64,000 nucleotides of DNA from an uncultured Nitrospinota bacterium (GTDB taxonomy: Bacteria > Tectomicrobia > Entotheonellia > J063 > CAVPRW01), in the NCBI GenBank assembly GCA_963707985.1, contig CAVPRW010000008.1, positions 1-64,000 on the forward strand, read 5' to 3'. The notes below the pieces were generated by a model. That model saw only the letters and a list, made by a program, of their open reading frames with translations, made no database searches and was not told where the DNA came from. Shown here one piece after another: positions 49,646 through 60,011 of the stretch. The position numbers and the translations under genes were made by a program. Positions within the stretch are counted from its first letter, which is position 1. Every line of letters starts with the position of its first letter.

Positions 49646-50269
49646 TTAATCCCAGGGTGTGATGGGGTAAAATATCAAGTTTCACCATCACGGGGTGCGT
49701 TATGTGACAGAGAATGCCCGGCAACGCCCGCAGGACCGCCGCGGTACGTCACGCAATCCAGCAGAGTTAAGAGAGCATCGCCAAGCTTACCAAGCGTAAT
49801 GACCTGAACCCCAAAACTGTGGCGCCATGAAAGAAGCAGACGCCGGTGCACGATGCCCCAATGGGCCCGAAGCAACCATGCTCCACAATACTGACGCTGG
49901 AGGAACCAGCGCTGATGGTTGCGTTTCGCACGCATGCACTGTTGCTGCTGGAAGACTACCTATATGCCTTGCAAGCCACGTGGCCTCACCTGCCTCGATC
50001 GACACAGCATCGCTGCCTGCAGCGGCATGGCACCAGCTGCGTTGTGGAACGTATGAACCGCACGCTCACCTATGCCACCGTGAAAACATATCCCTACCAG
50101 ACCAATCATTAGCCGAAAGAGCATGTGCAGGCCTTCCTGATGGTCTCTCACGTTGCGAAGTGCCTCAACACTTTCAAAGGACTAACACCTGAGGAACACA
50201 TCTGCAGATGCTAGTCAAAAGTGCCGGTACGCTTAACCATGAATCCGCACTATCACACCTTGGGACTAA
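49646..50269 (+). mobile_element. Decayed, internally deleted IS481-family element
   Basis: IRs TTAATCCCAGGGTGTGAT / ATCACACCTTGGGACTAA (16/18); DAPMGPK, HRCLQRHG, VERMNRT. Confidence 0.75.
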
Positions 50270-50994
50270 ATATGCTCCCAGACAATAAGTATCCGGGTGG
50301 ACGCCCATCTTCTTAGGGGGCTCAAGAAACGCTCGCATACTCTTGCCATCCCAATTAGTGTTTGTGGAACTGGACGCGCACTTCTAAAGCCCAGAGTAGC
50401 CAGATAGGGTAGTCCAAGAAAAGGAGCAGCCTGGAGCAAGCGCAATGCCGGTGGCCCCGGTTTGAAATGCTTTAAGAGCTTGAACGGAATAGCGGCATTC
50501 CCATCAAACGCCTGCTTGCCCAACTCACCAAAGGGGCAACACACATCGACTGCGAGAGAACACTCCTCGTGGTGAAAATATCGATAGAGAAGATAAGATG
50601 GGACTGTAATCCACGGTTCAATCATCGCCAAGCGTCCGCCTGGACAGAGAACGCGGACAACTTCGGCTAGGAACTCCACGGGCTTGGGCAGGTGGTGCAG
50701 GACATCTACCATGACCAACGCACCGATGCTACCAGACTGGAAGGGGAGGAAGCCTGCGTCACAGACGACGTCGGCATACGTGGTTGGCACGACATCAGTC
50801 GAGATCAGTTGGGGGTAATATTCCTTAAAAAATCCCGGACCCGCACCTATCTCGACAATGGGACACAGGCCCTCGACGCAATGCAGTAGCTGTGCAAACC
50901 ATGCTTCATAGACCGCACGTAACTCGGGTCGTGCCGCCCAGATGGTTCGGTGTCGGCGTATAATCTCCTGATCGGACATAGCCACCTGCATCAT
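50266..50994 (-). CDS. Methyltransferase type 11
   Basis: VEIGAGPG, VDVLHH, PGGRLAMIEP. Confidence 0.88.
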   Translation of the reverse strand: MMQVAMSDQEIIRRHRTIWAARPELRAVYEAWFAQLLHCVEGLCPIVEIGAGPGFFKEYYPQLISTDVVPTTYADVVCDAGFLPFQSGSIGALVMVDVLHHLPKPVEFLAEVVRVLCPGGRLAMIEPWITVPSYLLYRYFHHEECSLAVDVCCPFGELGKQAFDGNAAIPFKLLKHFKPGPPALRLLQAAPFLGLPYLATLGFRSARPVPQTLIGMARVCERFLSPLRRWASTRILIVWEHI

Positions 50995-52514
50995 GGGATG
51001 AAGAGCAATTTATGGGCGGCTGTGAAGGACATCTTCAGCAGCAGCCAGCCATGGCTGAACCGGCTAATGTTCGTCGTCCCATAGGTCCGCTGCCGATAAC
51101 GAATGGGGATCTCGACAATCTTCAGGTTCTGCTTGGCCGCGCCAAACAGCAGATCGAAGTCACCAAACGGATCGAAGTCACCAAAATAGGCCCGACCGTT
51201 GGCGATGCGTTCGTAGTCGCTGCGATACAGCACCTTCGTGCCGCAGAGCGCGTCTTTGATCGCTTGACCTAAGAGGCGACTCAGCAGGAGCGCAAAGAAT
51301 TTGTTCCCTAACAGATTCAGGAAACGCATGGCGTGCGGGTCCTTCGCATAGACCAGCCGTGAGCCATTGATGAACTCACCCTTCCCGCTGACGAGGGCGT
51401 CATAAAATTGCGGGAGATCCTCCGGAGCCACGCTGAGATCCGCATCCAAGATCATGAGAATGTCCCCGCTGGCCTTCGAAAATCCCAAGCGCACGGCATC
51501 GCCTTTGCCCCGACCCTCCTGGACCAAGACCGTGATGTCTTGCGTGGGTTCGCTCGCGGCGATGCGCCGACACTCCTCAAGCGTGTGATCCTGGGAATGC
51601 CCCTCAACCAAGATGAGCTCGGTATGGGACCCCATCGCCGGCAGTCGGCGGACGAGCGGTTCGAGGTTACCCGCCTCGTTGCGGCAGGGGCAGATCACGG
51701 ACACCCGTGGGACGACCTCAGACTGTGGCAGCCCTGTCGGCCTCGCAATCATCCAGTTTGTCAGACACATCCAACGCAAGCCCGGCACGTGGGCCAGATA
51801 GCGATTCGCGAGCGTGGTTAGCAGCGGGACCCGCAGGGGCCACAGGACATGCGGACGGCGATGCACCACCTCGAAGTCCGCCAGGTACAGCAGGTTGTGC
51901 ACGTCCTCGACCGTCGTCCAGTTCAGCAGCGGCTGGGGATACTTCAGCCCGAGCGTCTCAGCCAAGCCCAACAGCGGTTGCCAGAGCCGACTGTACCAAT
52001 GCATCACCACCCGCGTGCGCGGGTGACACACCTTGCGCAACTGCTCAAAGACTAGGCGAATATCGTAGAGATACCCGACCAGATCGGACAGGACAATGAA
52101 GTCGAACGGCTCTCCCGAAAGGTCCAGGTGTTCCGCGGCCATCTGGCGAAAAAGTAGGTCGGGATACTTCTTGGCGGCCAGGCGCACCATCTGGCCAGAA
52201 ATGTCGACGCCCACACCAAAGGAAGGTTTCAGTGCGGCCAATAAATCGCCATTGCCGCTACCAATTTCGAGTACCCTGGCATCTGTGGGTACGTAGAAGC
52301 GGGCCAGGGAGGCGATGGCCTGGTGGTACCCTGCATTACGGTGATGCCAATGATCAACCTGAGCCGCGTAGTGGTCGAAGAACACTTCCCAGTGCCGCAA
52401 GTACTGATCCAAGCTCTCTGGAGGACTTTCCCTGCGTATGGTTCTAACCCACTTCGCACGGCCCCGCTTCTCTTGCACGACATTTGCTGCATCGACGGAA
52501 TGCATGAGAGCCAT
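50991..52514 (-). CDS. SAM methyltransferase - GT2 (polyprenol-phosphate sugar synthase-like) fusion (intact)
   Basis: VLEIGSGNG N-terminal; SVICPCRNEAGN, GKGDAVRLG, LDADL, GSRL, DALCGTK, EIPIRY..R.YG. Confidence 0.92.
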   Translation of the reverse strand: MALMHSVDAANVVQEKRGRAKWVRTIRRESPPESLDQYLRHWEVFFDHYAAQVDHWHHRNAGYHQAIASLARFYVPTDARVLEIGSGNGDLLAALKPSFGVGVDISGQMVRLAAKKYPDLLFRQMAAEHLDLSGEPFDFIVLSDLVGYLYDIRLVFEQLRKVCHPRTRVVMHWYSRLWQPLLGLAETLGLKYPQPLLNWTTVEDVHNLLYLADFEVVHRRPHVLWPLRVPLLTTLANRYLAHVPGLRWMCLTNWMIARPTGLPQSEVVPRVSVICPCRNEAGNLEPLVRRLPAMGSHTELILVEGHSQDHTLEECRRIAASEPTQDITVLVQEGRGKGDAVRLGFSKASGDILMILDADLSVAPEDLPQFYDALVSGKGEFINGSRLVYAKDPHAMRFLNLLGNKFFALLLSRLLGQAIKDALCGTKVLYRSDYERIANGRAYFGDFDPFGDFDLLFGAAKQNLKIVEIPIRYRQRTYGTTNISRFSHGWLLLKMSFTAAHKLLFIP

Positions 52515-53062
52515 AGCACTATCCTACTCGACAGTTCAGATGTGTGGCATGCCCATACGCTCGGACAAGAACCATGCCCCGCGGCATGGCCGATAGGTGA
52601 GCAAAAACGTATTTCTCCGTGCGGCCCTGGGATAACCAGTCAAGGGCGAAGGCCAATCGCGGCTGAGTCAATGCGCGCGCCTACAGCCGGCAAGCGTATC
52701 ACACGGTTTGGATGAGGCCCTCCGTTCGACCCGGTCCAGCAGGCAGGTACGTCAGGTGCGACAACGAATAGGCTACATAGATCAGGGATCCCTTTTTCCC
52801 AATGCTTACGAGAGTACCGTATGGAATTGGCATTAAAGCCCAATGCCCCTTTGTTGTCCTCATGGAAAGCTTTCGTTGGTCATCGGTGCGAATACATTAC
52901 AGCCGCTTTTTCCTGATTTTGTCACGGGTCGCCAGCGCCAAATGCAAAAAGAAAAATTCGCGAGGGTCGCGACGTTCCTGCTTAGGGTTAGTCACAGCTT
53001 CAGTGCTCTAGAGCCGCCATGGGCTGAATCTTCGAACGTATCATGAGATTCCGTCCAGTCCG

Positions 53063-54581
53063 CTAGCGCTTAGCGAAAATGATGACGTTATGGATGTCCG
53101 CCACCATGTGATACTCCGGGGATGCTTGCAGGTAAGCGAAGAAATACCGAACGGCTTCCTCACCGAAATATGGTTGACTTTGGCGTAAGTCAAAGACGAC
53201 GAAATCAGGCCGCAACGAGCCATTCATGACGTTGTGGGCATCATTGTGCATGATGAAAAGTTCGCCTCGCGGTGGCACGTAGGCACCGATGGTGAAGGAT
53301 GCCAGTACACTTGTGTGGTGATCCGCCAAAATGGAGTTCAGTGCACGGTGAATCGGGATAAACTGGTGAATCCGCAGCTCGTGGGCGAACACATCGGGCA
53401 GAGTCGGGCCCCGTGTGAGGGTCAGCGGTGGACGTACCTGCCAGACAATACCTACGGCCACAATGGTGCACAGAGCTGTCTGCACTGCTGTACGTGCTGG
53501 GATCAGCTGGGGGAAGCGAGTTCGCAGCCGGACCCATAGACGTTCCAGATTGATCAGGGCGAACGGGAGCGTGAGGGCATATAGCACAACGGAGGGAAGG
53601 TTGAAATAGAAGACAAGGCTACTGTGGTAAATCTCTGTCGAATTGACCCATAAGTAGAGTACCGCGAGACATGAGAAACCGCCATCCAGCCAGAACCGGC
53701 AGGAAAAGATAGCTCAAGTTGAAGTCCAAACCGGAGCCAGTGATGAGGCGCTTCCCTGTCTCCCAGGGATGGGTGACAAGGTATTGAAGCACTTCCCCCC
53801 TCGATTGGCCGTACGCCCAAATCTTCAGGAAGTAATCCAAATTCAAGGCGTCTGGGTATAAGATTGGATACAGGAAATACAGAACAACAACATAATATGT
53901 CACTGCCGTACCCAGATACAGAGCCGCGTGCCTGGTCGAAATACGGCCTAGTAGGATGAGTGATGCCGCTATTCCATAGATCCATACATCTTCCTTGACG
54001 CTCAACGCGATCACTAAACAGAGTAGAGCCAGCCAACTATTTCCACGCACGGCAAGGAGCGCGAATCCCATGAGGGCCAACACCATCAACACGTCGTGGT
54101 GGGGGTACAAGTTTGCGACCATGAAGTACGGATTCACCACCAAAGTGAGATAGCACAGAGCAGCCAGTGATGACGAGCCGAGGATCGCTTGTGCGAACTT
54201 GTAGTACAGCCATGCGCTTGTTGCGAAGGCGACTGAATAGAACATCACGAGGAAGAAGAGGCTACGAGTCAGGTGGACAAGAGGCGATAAAACATAGAAA
54301 ACTGGCACGAAATGAAAGTTAAAAATGTCCGTATTCCAGTCATAATAATAAAACTCCCCACGTTCAAACAGGTTATTGAGGACGTTGAGGAAAGTACCGG
54401 AGTCATGCCAGTGGAATTGAAACGTTAGGTACATATAGATAGTCGGCAGGACATAGATCAGCGTGGCGAGCGTCAAGGGCCATAGCCGGCCGAAAGCCAG
54501 CCGGTATACAAACATCCATGCGCACTTTATCTTACCTATCACATAAGACATCTCAATATTTATTACGTGGTATAGTTCCAT
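53063..54581 (-). CDS. DUF2079-like multi-pass membrane protein; frameshifted
   Basis: HDSGTF, FHFVP, YPHHD, SVKED, many TM segments. Confidence 0.7.
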
Positions 54582-54602
54582 GGCCCATGGGCGTCTCCCT
54601 AA

Positions 54603-55020
54603 TGTAATGCTCCCTATTGCACAAGCGGTGACGAACGGAAAGCTGTGGCCAGTGTAGGACTCCCGTTCAACCTGCTTGGGCGTCCTGTAGCCCACAGCTG
54701 AATGCAAATAATGCTCATTGTCATCATCAATCTACGACCCTACAACTCTGATGAGAGTATAGGGACACCTCCACTCGTGCAGCCGGGAGCATTCGTTTTT
54801 CAGGGTCCGCATGCAACGCTCTGTATCCGCATTGCTTTTAGGGTTGTTGTAAATGGTGAAGGCTTGGTGGATCTCCAAAGCGTCTGGCCCTGCATGCAAC
54901 CAGCGGTGCAAGCCGCCCTGACTCTGCCCTAAAGTAATGGGCAGGTCGAAGGCCAGATCACGTAATTGACACACCTGAAGCGGCAAAACTATGGGTGCAC
55001 TATACTTGATTTCCTCCACC
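54603..55020 (-). pseudogene. IS3/rve transposase 3' remnant
   Basis: YNNPKSNADTERCMRTLK, HSAVGYRTP; terminal ...GAGCATTACA. Confidence 0.7.
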
Positions 55021-55094
55021 GCTGGATGCTGCGCACCACCTGATGCGCCACTACCTGAGCACGAACTCTGCGGGAGAACCCTGGACCTAGATCA

Positions 55095-55440
55095 TTGGTT
55101 AAGATGGCAAGGAACCATAACCCAGCCAGTGAATGGAGGGGCATATTGATGACCAGGGAACGAAACTACTATGATCCATAGTTGAGGTTCCAACTGCCTC
55201 AGCCGCCTCCAAAGGGGTTGAAGACAATCAACAAGCTGGCCAACGAGCCCGGGGTACATCCAAAGCATGTCAGCGACTGGAAGAGCCAGCTGCTGGAGGC
55301 CGGGAGCACAATTTTCAGTCGTAATAGAGTCTACCACCAACAATAGAATTAAGAGCTGTAGGTGAACCCCTACCTGCAAATCAGCCGCCGCAGGAATGAT
55401 CTGAGTGGGTGCCAAAAAGCTAACCGACCCGATTGAAGTC
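55095..55440 (+). pseudogene. IS3 orfA remnant
   Basis: Hand translation KGLKTINKLANEPGVHPKHVSDWKSQLLE with stops. Confidence 0.55.
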
Positions 55441-55488
55441 AAAAGGTCGATCTCTTCTACCTCTTTGCGATCCCGTGTCGCACACCGT

Positions 55489-56556
55489 TCATGGCACGCC
55501 CTGAAAAGGCCATAGCTTTGCCCCCCTAGTGGGCGCCGTGGGAGCGAAGATCGATTGAAGGCTTGGAAGATCGATGAACAAGAGGATGCTCATCAGAATC
55601 GCGCAGGCGACGACCGTGGCCATCAGCACTGGCTCATGGTAGAGCTTCTCAGGCCGCTGGACCGCACTATCCGCCTGAAACGCTAAAGCTAGATAGAGGG
55701 CCATAATCAGAGCCACCAAAGGGAATGAGATGATAAGCTCCAGTCGATACCGAATAATAAAGGCGCCGAAAAACAGCATCGCGGCGGAGCTATAAAACAT
55801 GATTGAGACGAGTAATCGCTGTTCATTGTAGAAGCCAAAAGACTTGCGGTACGCAGCCGCTTGGATGGGATTGCAGAGGTCTCGGTACTCGGCAAAGCGT
55901 TTAATCGCCATGAGATAACACCCGATCATCCAATAGCTCAGCAACAATGAAGCAGGGACCACAGTCGCATGGTCTACGATGAACCAACCCGCCAGCATGC
56001 GCAAGGGATTATTGACCGCTTCGGAGAGCACGTCGACATACGGCACATCCTTGCTTCGGAGCGGCGGCAGATTATAGATGCATCCCATGATCCAGAGACA
56101 CAGCACGGTTAACATAAAGGGGATAGAGATCATTCCCCCGAGGCCCACGCCTGCGATCATCAGGGCGAGCCACTGCCCGTAGGCGAGCGGAATGTTCACC
56201 TGGCCGGACGGCACAGGACGATGACGCTTGGAAGGGTGCTGGCGATCGAAGGGCGCATCCGCGATTTCGTTGATAACATAGTTGCTTGACGTCACCAGGC
56301 AGACAGACACTAAACCCGCTACGATGTGTGCGAGCAGCGTGGGGGTGATTGGAACCCGAGCGAGGCCGAGTGCTGTCACAATGCCCGGCAACACAAAGAT
56401 GTTTTTTACCCAATGGTCGAGGCGAGCGATCTGGAGATGACCCCTCAACGACGGGCCTGGCAAGCCACGCATTTTGTCGATGCTGTGTAGCGATTTATGT
56501 GCTCTCACGATGGGTCCCTTCTGCCGTACGCTGGAGAAACACGACGAACGAATCAT
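55489..56556 (-). CDS. UbiA-family prenyltransferase, decaprenyl-phosphate phosphoribosyltransferase-like
   Basis: RLDHWVKNIFV, YVINEIAD..DRQHPSKRHRPVPSG, KRFAE. Confidence 0.88.
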   Translation of the reverse strand: MIRSSCFSSVRQKGPIVRAHKSLHSIDKMRGLPGPSLRGHLQIARLDHWVKNIFVLPGIVTALGLARVPITPTLLAHIVAGLVSVCLVTSSNYVINEIADAPFDRQHPSKRHRPVPSGQVNIPLAYGQWLALMIAGVGLGGMISIPFMLTVLCLWIMGCIYNLPPLRSKDVPYVDVLSEAVNNPLRMLAGWFIVDHATVVPASLLLSYWMIGCYLMAIKRFAEYRDLCNPIQAAAYRKSFGFYNEQRLLVSIMFYSSAAMLFFGAFIIRYRLELIISFPLVALIMALYLALAFQADSAVQRPEKLYHEPVLMATVVACAILMSILLFIDLPSLQSIFAPTAPTRGAKLWPFQGVP

Positions 56557-57427
56557 GAAGGTTGAGCGGCACCACTAGGTTATACAGCCAACGCAGCAAC
56601 GATACACGTAGGGCTAATTGATTGACCCAACCGATGGGGAGATACATCGCCAGGCGCTCCATCAGATAGCGCAGAGGGAAAAACCACTTGGCACGACACT
56701 GTCGGACGATTGACAATCCAGCGCCCTGGCTTGCCTGCTCCAGGGAGCGCCGGTTAAAGTAGCCGACATGTGCTAGGCGGAAATGCCACCACCGCTGGCC
56801 AAGGATGGTGGCTGCAAGACTGGAGACGTCGGGCGTCACGACGACCACGACCCCCCTGGGGCTGAGCGCTTGTGCACAGTCCCGAAGCAGCGCCACCGGG
56901 TGGGATACATGCTCGATTACATCCACCAGGAAGATGATATCGAACTGTTGGTTAGTCAGGGTTGCATGCGGAAACACCCCTTGCAGGATATCCACGGCAT
57001 GCAGCTGGCGTGCACTCTCGACGAGGGCGCGACTGGGCTCAACCCCCACGGCCTGCAGTCCTAACTGCTTCGCCTCCGCCACCAGCAGCCCCGTTCCTGC
57101 CCCGATATCCAGCACCGATACAGCCGTGGGATGTACCGTCTGTGCCACGCGCAAGACCCAGCGCATTTGCAGCGCCCGAGTCTCCTGGGTCTCGACATAG
57201 CCGGGGTCCGATAACTGCTCATATAATGAAACCAATTCACTCAGGTCTTCGTCGTTGGCGAAAATAAAATCACACGTGCCGCATTTCCACAGGGACAGCG
57301 TGACGCCATAACGGCGATCAGTGATTTGGAGATCCTCAGGGACCAATGAACGGTGGATGTTCCGAGCCTTCCACGGTCGAGTGTCGGCCGATCCGCATAC
57401 CCAACATCTCATGACTGGCTCCTGCAC
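56495..57427 (-). CDS. SAM methyltransferase with N-terminal CxxC...CxxC
   Basis: CWVCGS, CGTC, VLDIGAGTG, DVIEHVSHP. Confidence 0.88.
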   Translation of the reverse strand: MQEPVMRCWVCGSADTRPWKARNIHRSLVPEDLQITDRRYGVTLSLWKCGTCDFIFANDEDLSELVSLYEQLSDPGYVETQETRALQMRWVLRVAQTVHPTAVSVLDIGAGTGLLVAEAKQLGLQAVGVEPSRALVESARQLHAVDILQGVFPHATLTNQQFDIIFLVDVIEHVSHPVALLRDCAQALSPRGVVVVVTPDVSSLAATILGQRWWHFRLAHVGYFNRRSLEQASQGAGLSIVRQCRAKWFFPLRYLMERLAMYLPIGWVNQLALRVSLLRWLYNLVVPLNLHDSFVVFLQRTAEGTHREST

Positions 57428-58167
57428 GTTATCCCCCCCATAGGAACTCCCGCAACGCCTGGTAGTTTGGGATCCCAACCCATCCACATGGATCCACGGT
57501 GTTCCGTCGGCCGAGAATCACACAGGGGATTCCCTGCGGCCGCGGCGGCGGGGGCATCGATGTCTGGTCGGTCAGCAATGTACACGGTTTGGTGCGTCTC
57601 GGCTCCAAGCCGTCCGAGTGTCACTTCTAACCCGCGCGGACTGGGCTTGAACTGCCTCACCTCAGGATCCTGAGCGCTCACGACCACGCCGAAAAATCGC
57701 AACAAGTCCATCGCTCGGAGCTTTGCCGTTGCAGGATAATCAGAAAACACACCCAGCCGCCATCCCCGCTCGGTGGCGACCTGCAGGAATTCTTCTACAC
57801 CCGGGTATCGTACACGTGGCAGAAAGAGGAGGGGTTTTTGCTCCATCCAGTGGGCGACACATAGGCGCACAAATGCTGGCGCCACACCGGTCCACTGACC
57901 GGCTAGCTGCAGTTGCGCCTCCACGAGATCAGCATGAACTATAGGCGACACTCGCAAGGCCTCTTGAGCCCGACGATACGCCCGCAGCACCCGTAGGGTG
58001 ACCCATCCTCGCACCGGGTGCCCTACATAGGCGCGCAGCAGGCACCAGGACATTCTCCAGCGCAACGCCGTCTGTCGATAGAGAGTCCCATCGAGATCAA
58101 GAATGAGGGCTCGTAAGTGGCTCGTGTCAATCGGTCCCTGAGACTTTTTCAAGTCGTGACGGCCCAT
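57409..58167 (-). CDS. HAD-family hydrolase/phosphatase
   Basis: LDLDGTLY, FSDY, KPSPRG, YIADR.D.D. Confidence 0.88.
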   Translation of the reverse strand: MGRHDLKKSQGPIDTSHLRALILDLDGTLYRQTALRWRMSWCLLRAYVGHPVRGWVTLRVLRAYRRAQEALRVSPIVHADLVEAQLQLAGQWTGVAPAFVRLCVAHWMEQKPLLFLPRVRYPGVEEFLQVATERGWRLGVFSDYPATAKLRAMDLLRFFGVVVSAQDPEVRQFKPSPRGLEVTLGRLGAETHQTVYIADRPDIDAPAAAAAGNPLCDSRPTEHRGSMWMGWDPKLPGVAGVPMGGITCRSQS

Positions 58168-58254
58168 CGATAATGTTTACCTTGTGCCAACTACTTGGTT
58201 GAAACTCTTGGGTACGATATCCGGGGAAATCCGTAAAACAGATGAATCGATAAA

Positions 58255-59805
58255 TCATGGCGTCAACCGGTATGCGGTTTCATAATATCCGCCGAAAATA
58301 TCGTCAAGTCCAGAAGGCCTGCGCTGCGCGTCGAGAGGGAAACCTTGGAAGATGACACGGCCGCCAAATTCGGCCCAGATGCGATCGATATTTGTCTGCT
58401 CATTCCAGCTGGAATACTGGTGACTGATTATGTTGTAGACATAAAAACGTGGATAAAGCTGATTCAAAACGGCCGCATGGCGATTAAGCGAAAACCAGTC
58501 GCCGAACCAGAGCGCATAACGAGGCGAGGATGCACAATGATAATAAACTTTCGTATATTCCGACAACTCCTCGACCTGGTGGAACACCCGCAGCCTTTCT
58601 CTTTTTTCTTGCTCGTGGTTGCGGTAGGCATCGACTGTCCCATAAACTCTCACTATTCCAAGAATTACAAATGCCACAGTCACCAGGAGCTTGGCAGGTT
58701 TTCGTTGGTCCAAGACAAGGCCGAACACAAGACCTGACAACATAAGCGCTGGCAAAAGATAATATTCCTTCCCCGGCGAAAAATGCTTAGCAACCATCAG
58801 AACACTCGCCAACTGACAGGCAATCACACCAGAAAAAATCTGAAAATCTTTTCTTTTCGAGATTTCTTTTTGCCGGTAAGAAAAAGCCCCCACAATCCAA
58901 GTGAGTATAGCGGCATACAACACGACAAAGAAAATAAGCTCCGAGCGGTGAAGATACTTTAAATTGAATAGATACACCTGTGGATCTATGATCGTCGAAG
59001 CACCAGTTCCATAAAGTTCCCCATGGACGAAAAGCTTTTCAAACCATCCAATGACCGAATGGTAACTGGAGGCGATCGGCGAGGTAAATCCAAAAAAGAA
59101 TGCCGCCGTAAGTATGAAAAAAGAGATTTTTCGGGAAAAACCAGGCAAAAGGAATAAAGGTACGAGAACGATAGGAATAAAAGTGACTTTAGTTGCGATT
59201 CCTAATCCGCACAAAACTGAAAAAAGAAAGACATATGCTTTGTAACTTTCCTGCGGAAAAGTCGCACGAAAATAGACAATTACAAGGATTATAGTTAAGC
59301 TAATCCACAAGAGAAAAGGCTCAGGATTCATGCGCCCTGCCGATAGAAGAATTGTTGTGGAAAAAAAAGGCGATGACTGAAGCAGGAAAGAAAACCTTTT
59401 ATCGCCCGTTTTCCTGAATCCCAGCCAACCTGCTAGAAAAATAAGAGAAACGGTCAAAGCCAGAAAAATTCTATGCATGAATCCCAAATACACTTCGGGA
59501 TTTTTCAAAACATCTTCGGCAAGTGGACTTGCATTTCGGAAAAAATGAAAAGACCTCAAAATAAACGCACCAGCGACCTGCAAAGTCGTGCCTGGATGAT
59601 CCACGTGGCCGATTGGCAGCCCCTCGGCAAAATTCAAAGAGTTTAAAAGATATGCATATTCTGGGTCCAAGTTCGTACAGATCCAATAGGGTCCCCGCGC
59701 GCTTTTGAGAAGAATGACACAAAACAGAAACACAAGAGGAATAATCGTGAACATAAATGATAGTTTCTTATAACCCACTCGACAGATGTGATTTAAGGCA
59801 GTCAC
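58255..59805 (-). CDS. Multi-pass membrane protein, putative GT-C; AT-rich
   Basis: DPEYAYLLNSL, HVDHPGT, GIATKVTF, ~10 TM segments. Confidence 0.7.
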   Translation of the reverse strand: MTALNHICRVGYKKLSFMFTIIPLVFLFCVILLKSARGPYWICTNLDPEYAYLLNSLNFAEGLPIGHVDHPGTTLQVAGAFILRSFHFFRNASPLAEDVLKNPEVYLGFMHRIFLALTVSLIFLAGWLGFRKTGDKRFSFLLQSSPFFSTTILLSAGRMNPEPFLLWISLTIILVIVYFRATFPQESYKAYVFLFSVLCGLGIATKVTFIPIVLVPLFLLPGFSRKISFFILTAAFFFGFTSPIASSYHSVIGWFEKLFVHGELYGTGASTIIDPQVYLFNLKYLHRSELIFFVVLYAAILTWIVGAFSYRQKEISKRKDFQIFSGVIACQLASVLMVAKHFSPGKEYYLLPALMLSGLVFGLVLDQRKPAKLLVTVAFVILGIVRVYGTVDAYRNHEQEKRERLRVFHQVEELSEYTKVYYHCASSPRYALWFGDWFSLNRHAAVLNQLYPRFYVYNIISHQYSSWNEQTNIDRIWAEFGGRVIFQGFPLDAQRRPSGLDDIFGGYYETAYRLTP

Positions 59806-59822
59806 AATAAATCATACCAGTA

Positions 59823-60010
59823 TGGTTCTACCCAGAATCAAGACCAAAAACCCGTCAATTGAAGGTAGCAACTGCGGCCCGTTCCAGTACTTGCCGGCAG
59901 ACCGCTACCGGCGTATGATGGTTCCGTGATAGATGTAACCGCTCGCTATTGTAGAACCCAAAGTACCTCCACTCTATAGCCCTACACATCCTTGTTCCAC
60001 CGGAAACCAA
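59823..60010 (-). pseudogene. IS3 3' end remnant
   Basis: RYFGFYNSERLH...TP followed by an IR-like end. Confidence 0.5.
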
Positions 60011-60011
60011 C

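Noticed and set aside
55095..60010. IS3 remnants forming a composite around UbiA/HAD
   Set aside because: The remnants are highly decayed and in incompatible orientations, with no matching IR pair or TSD.
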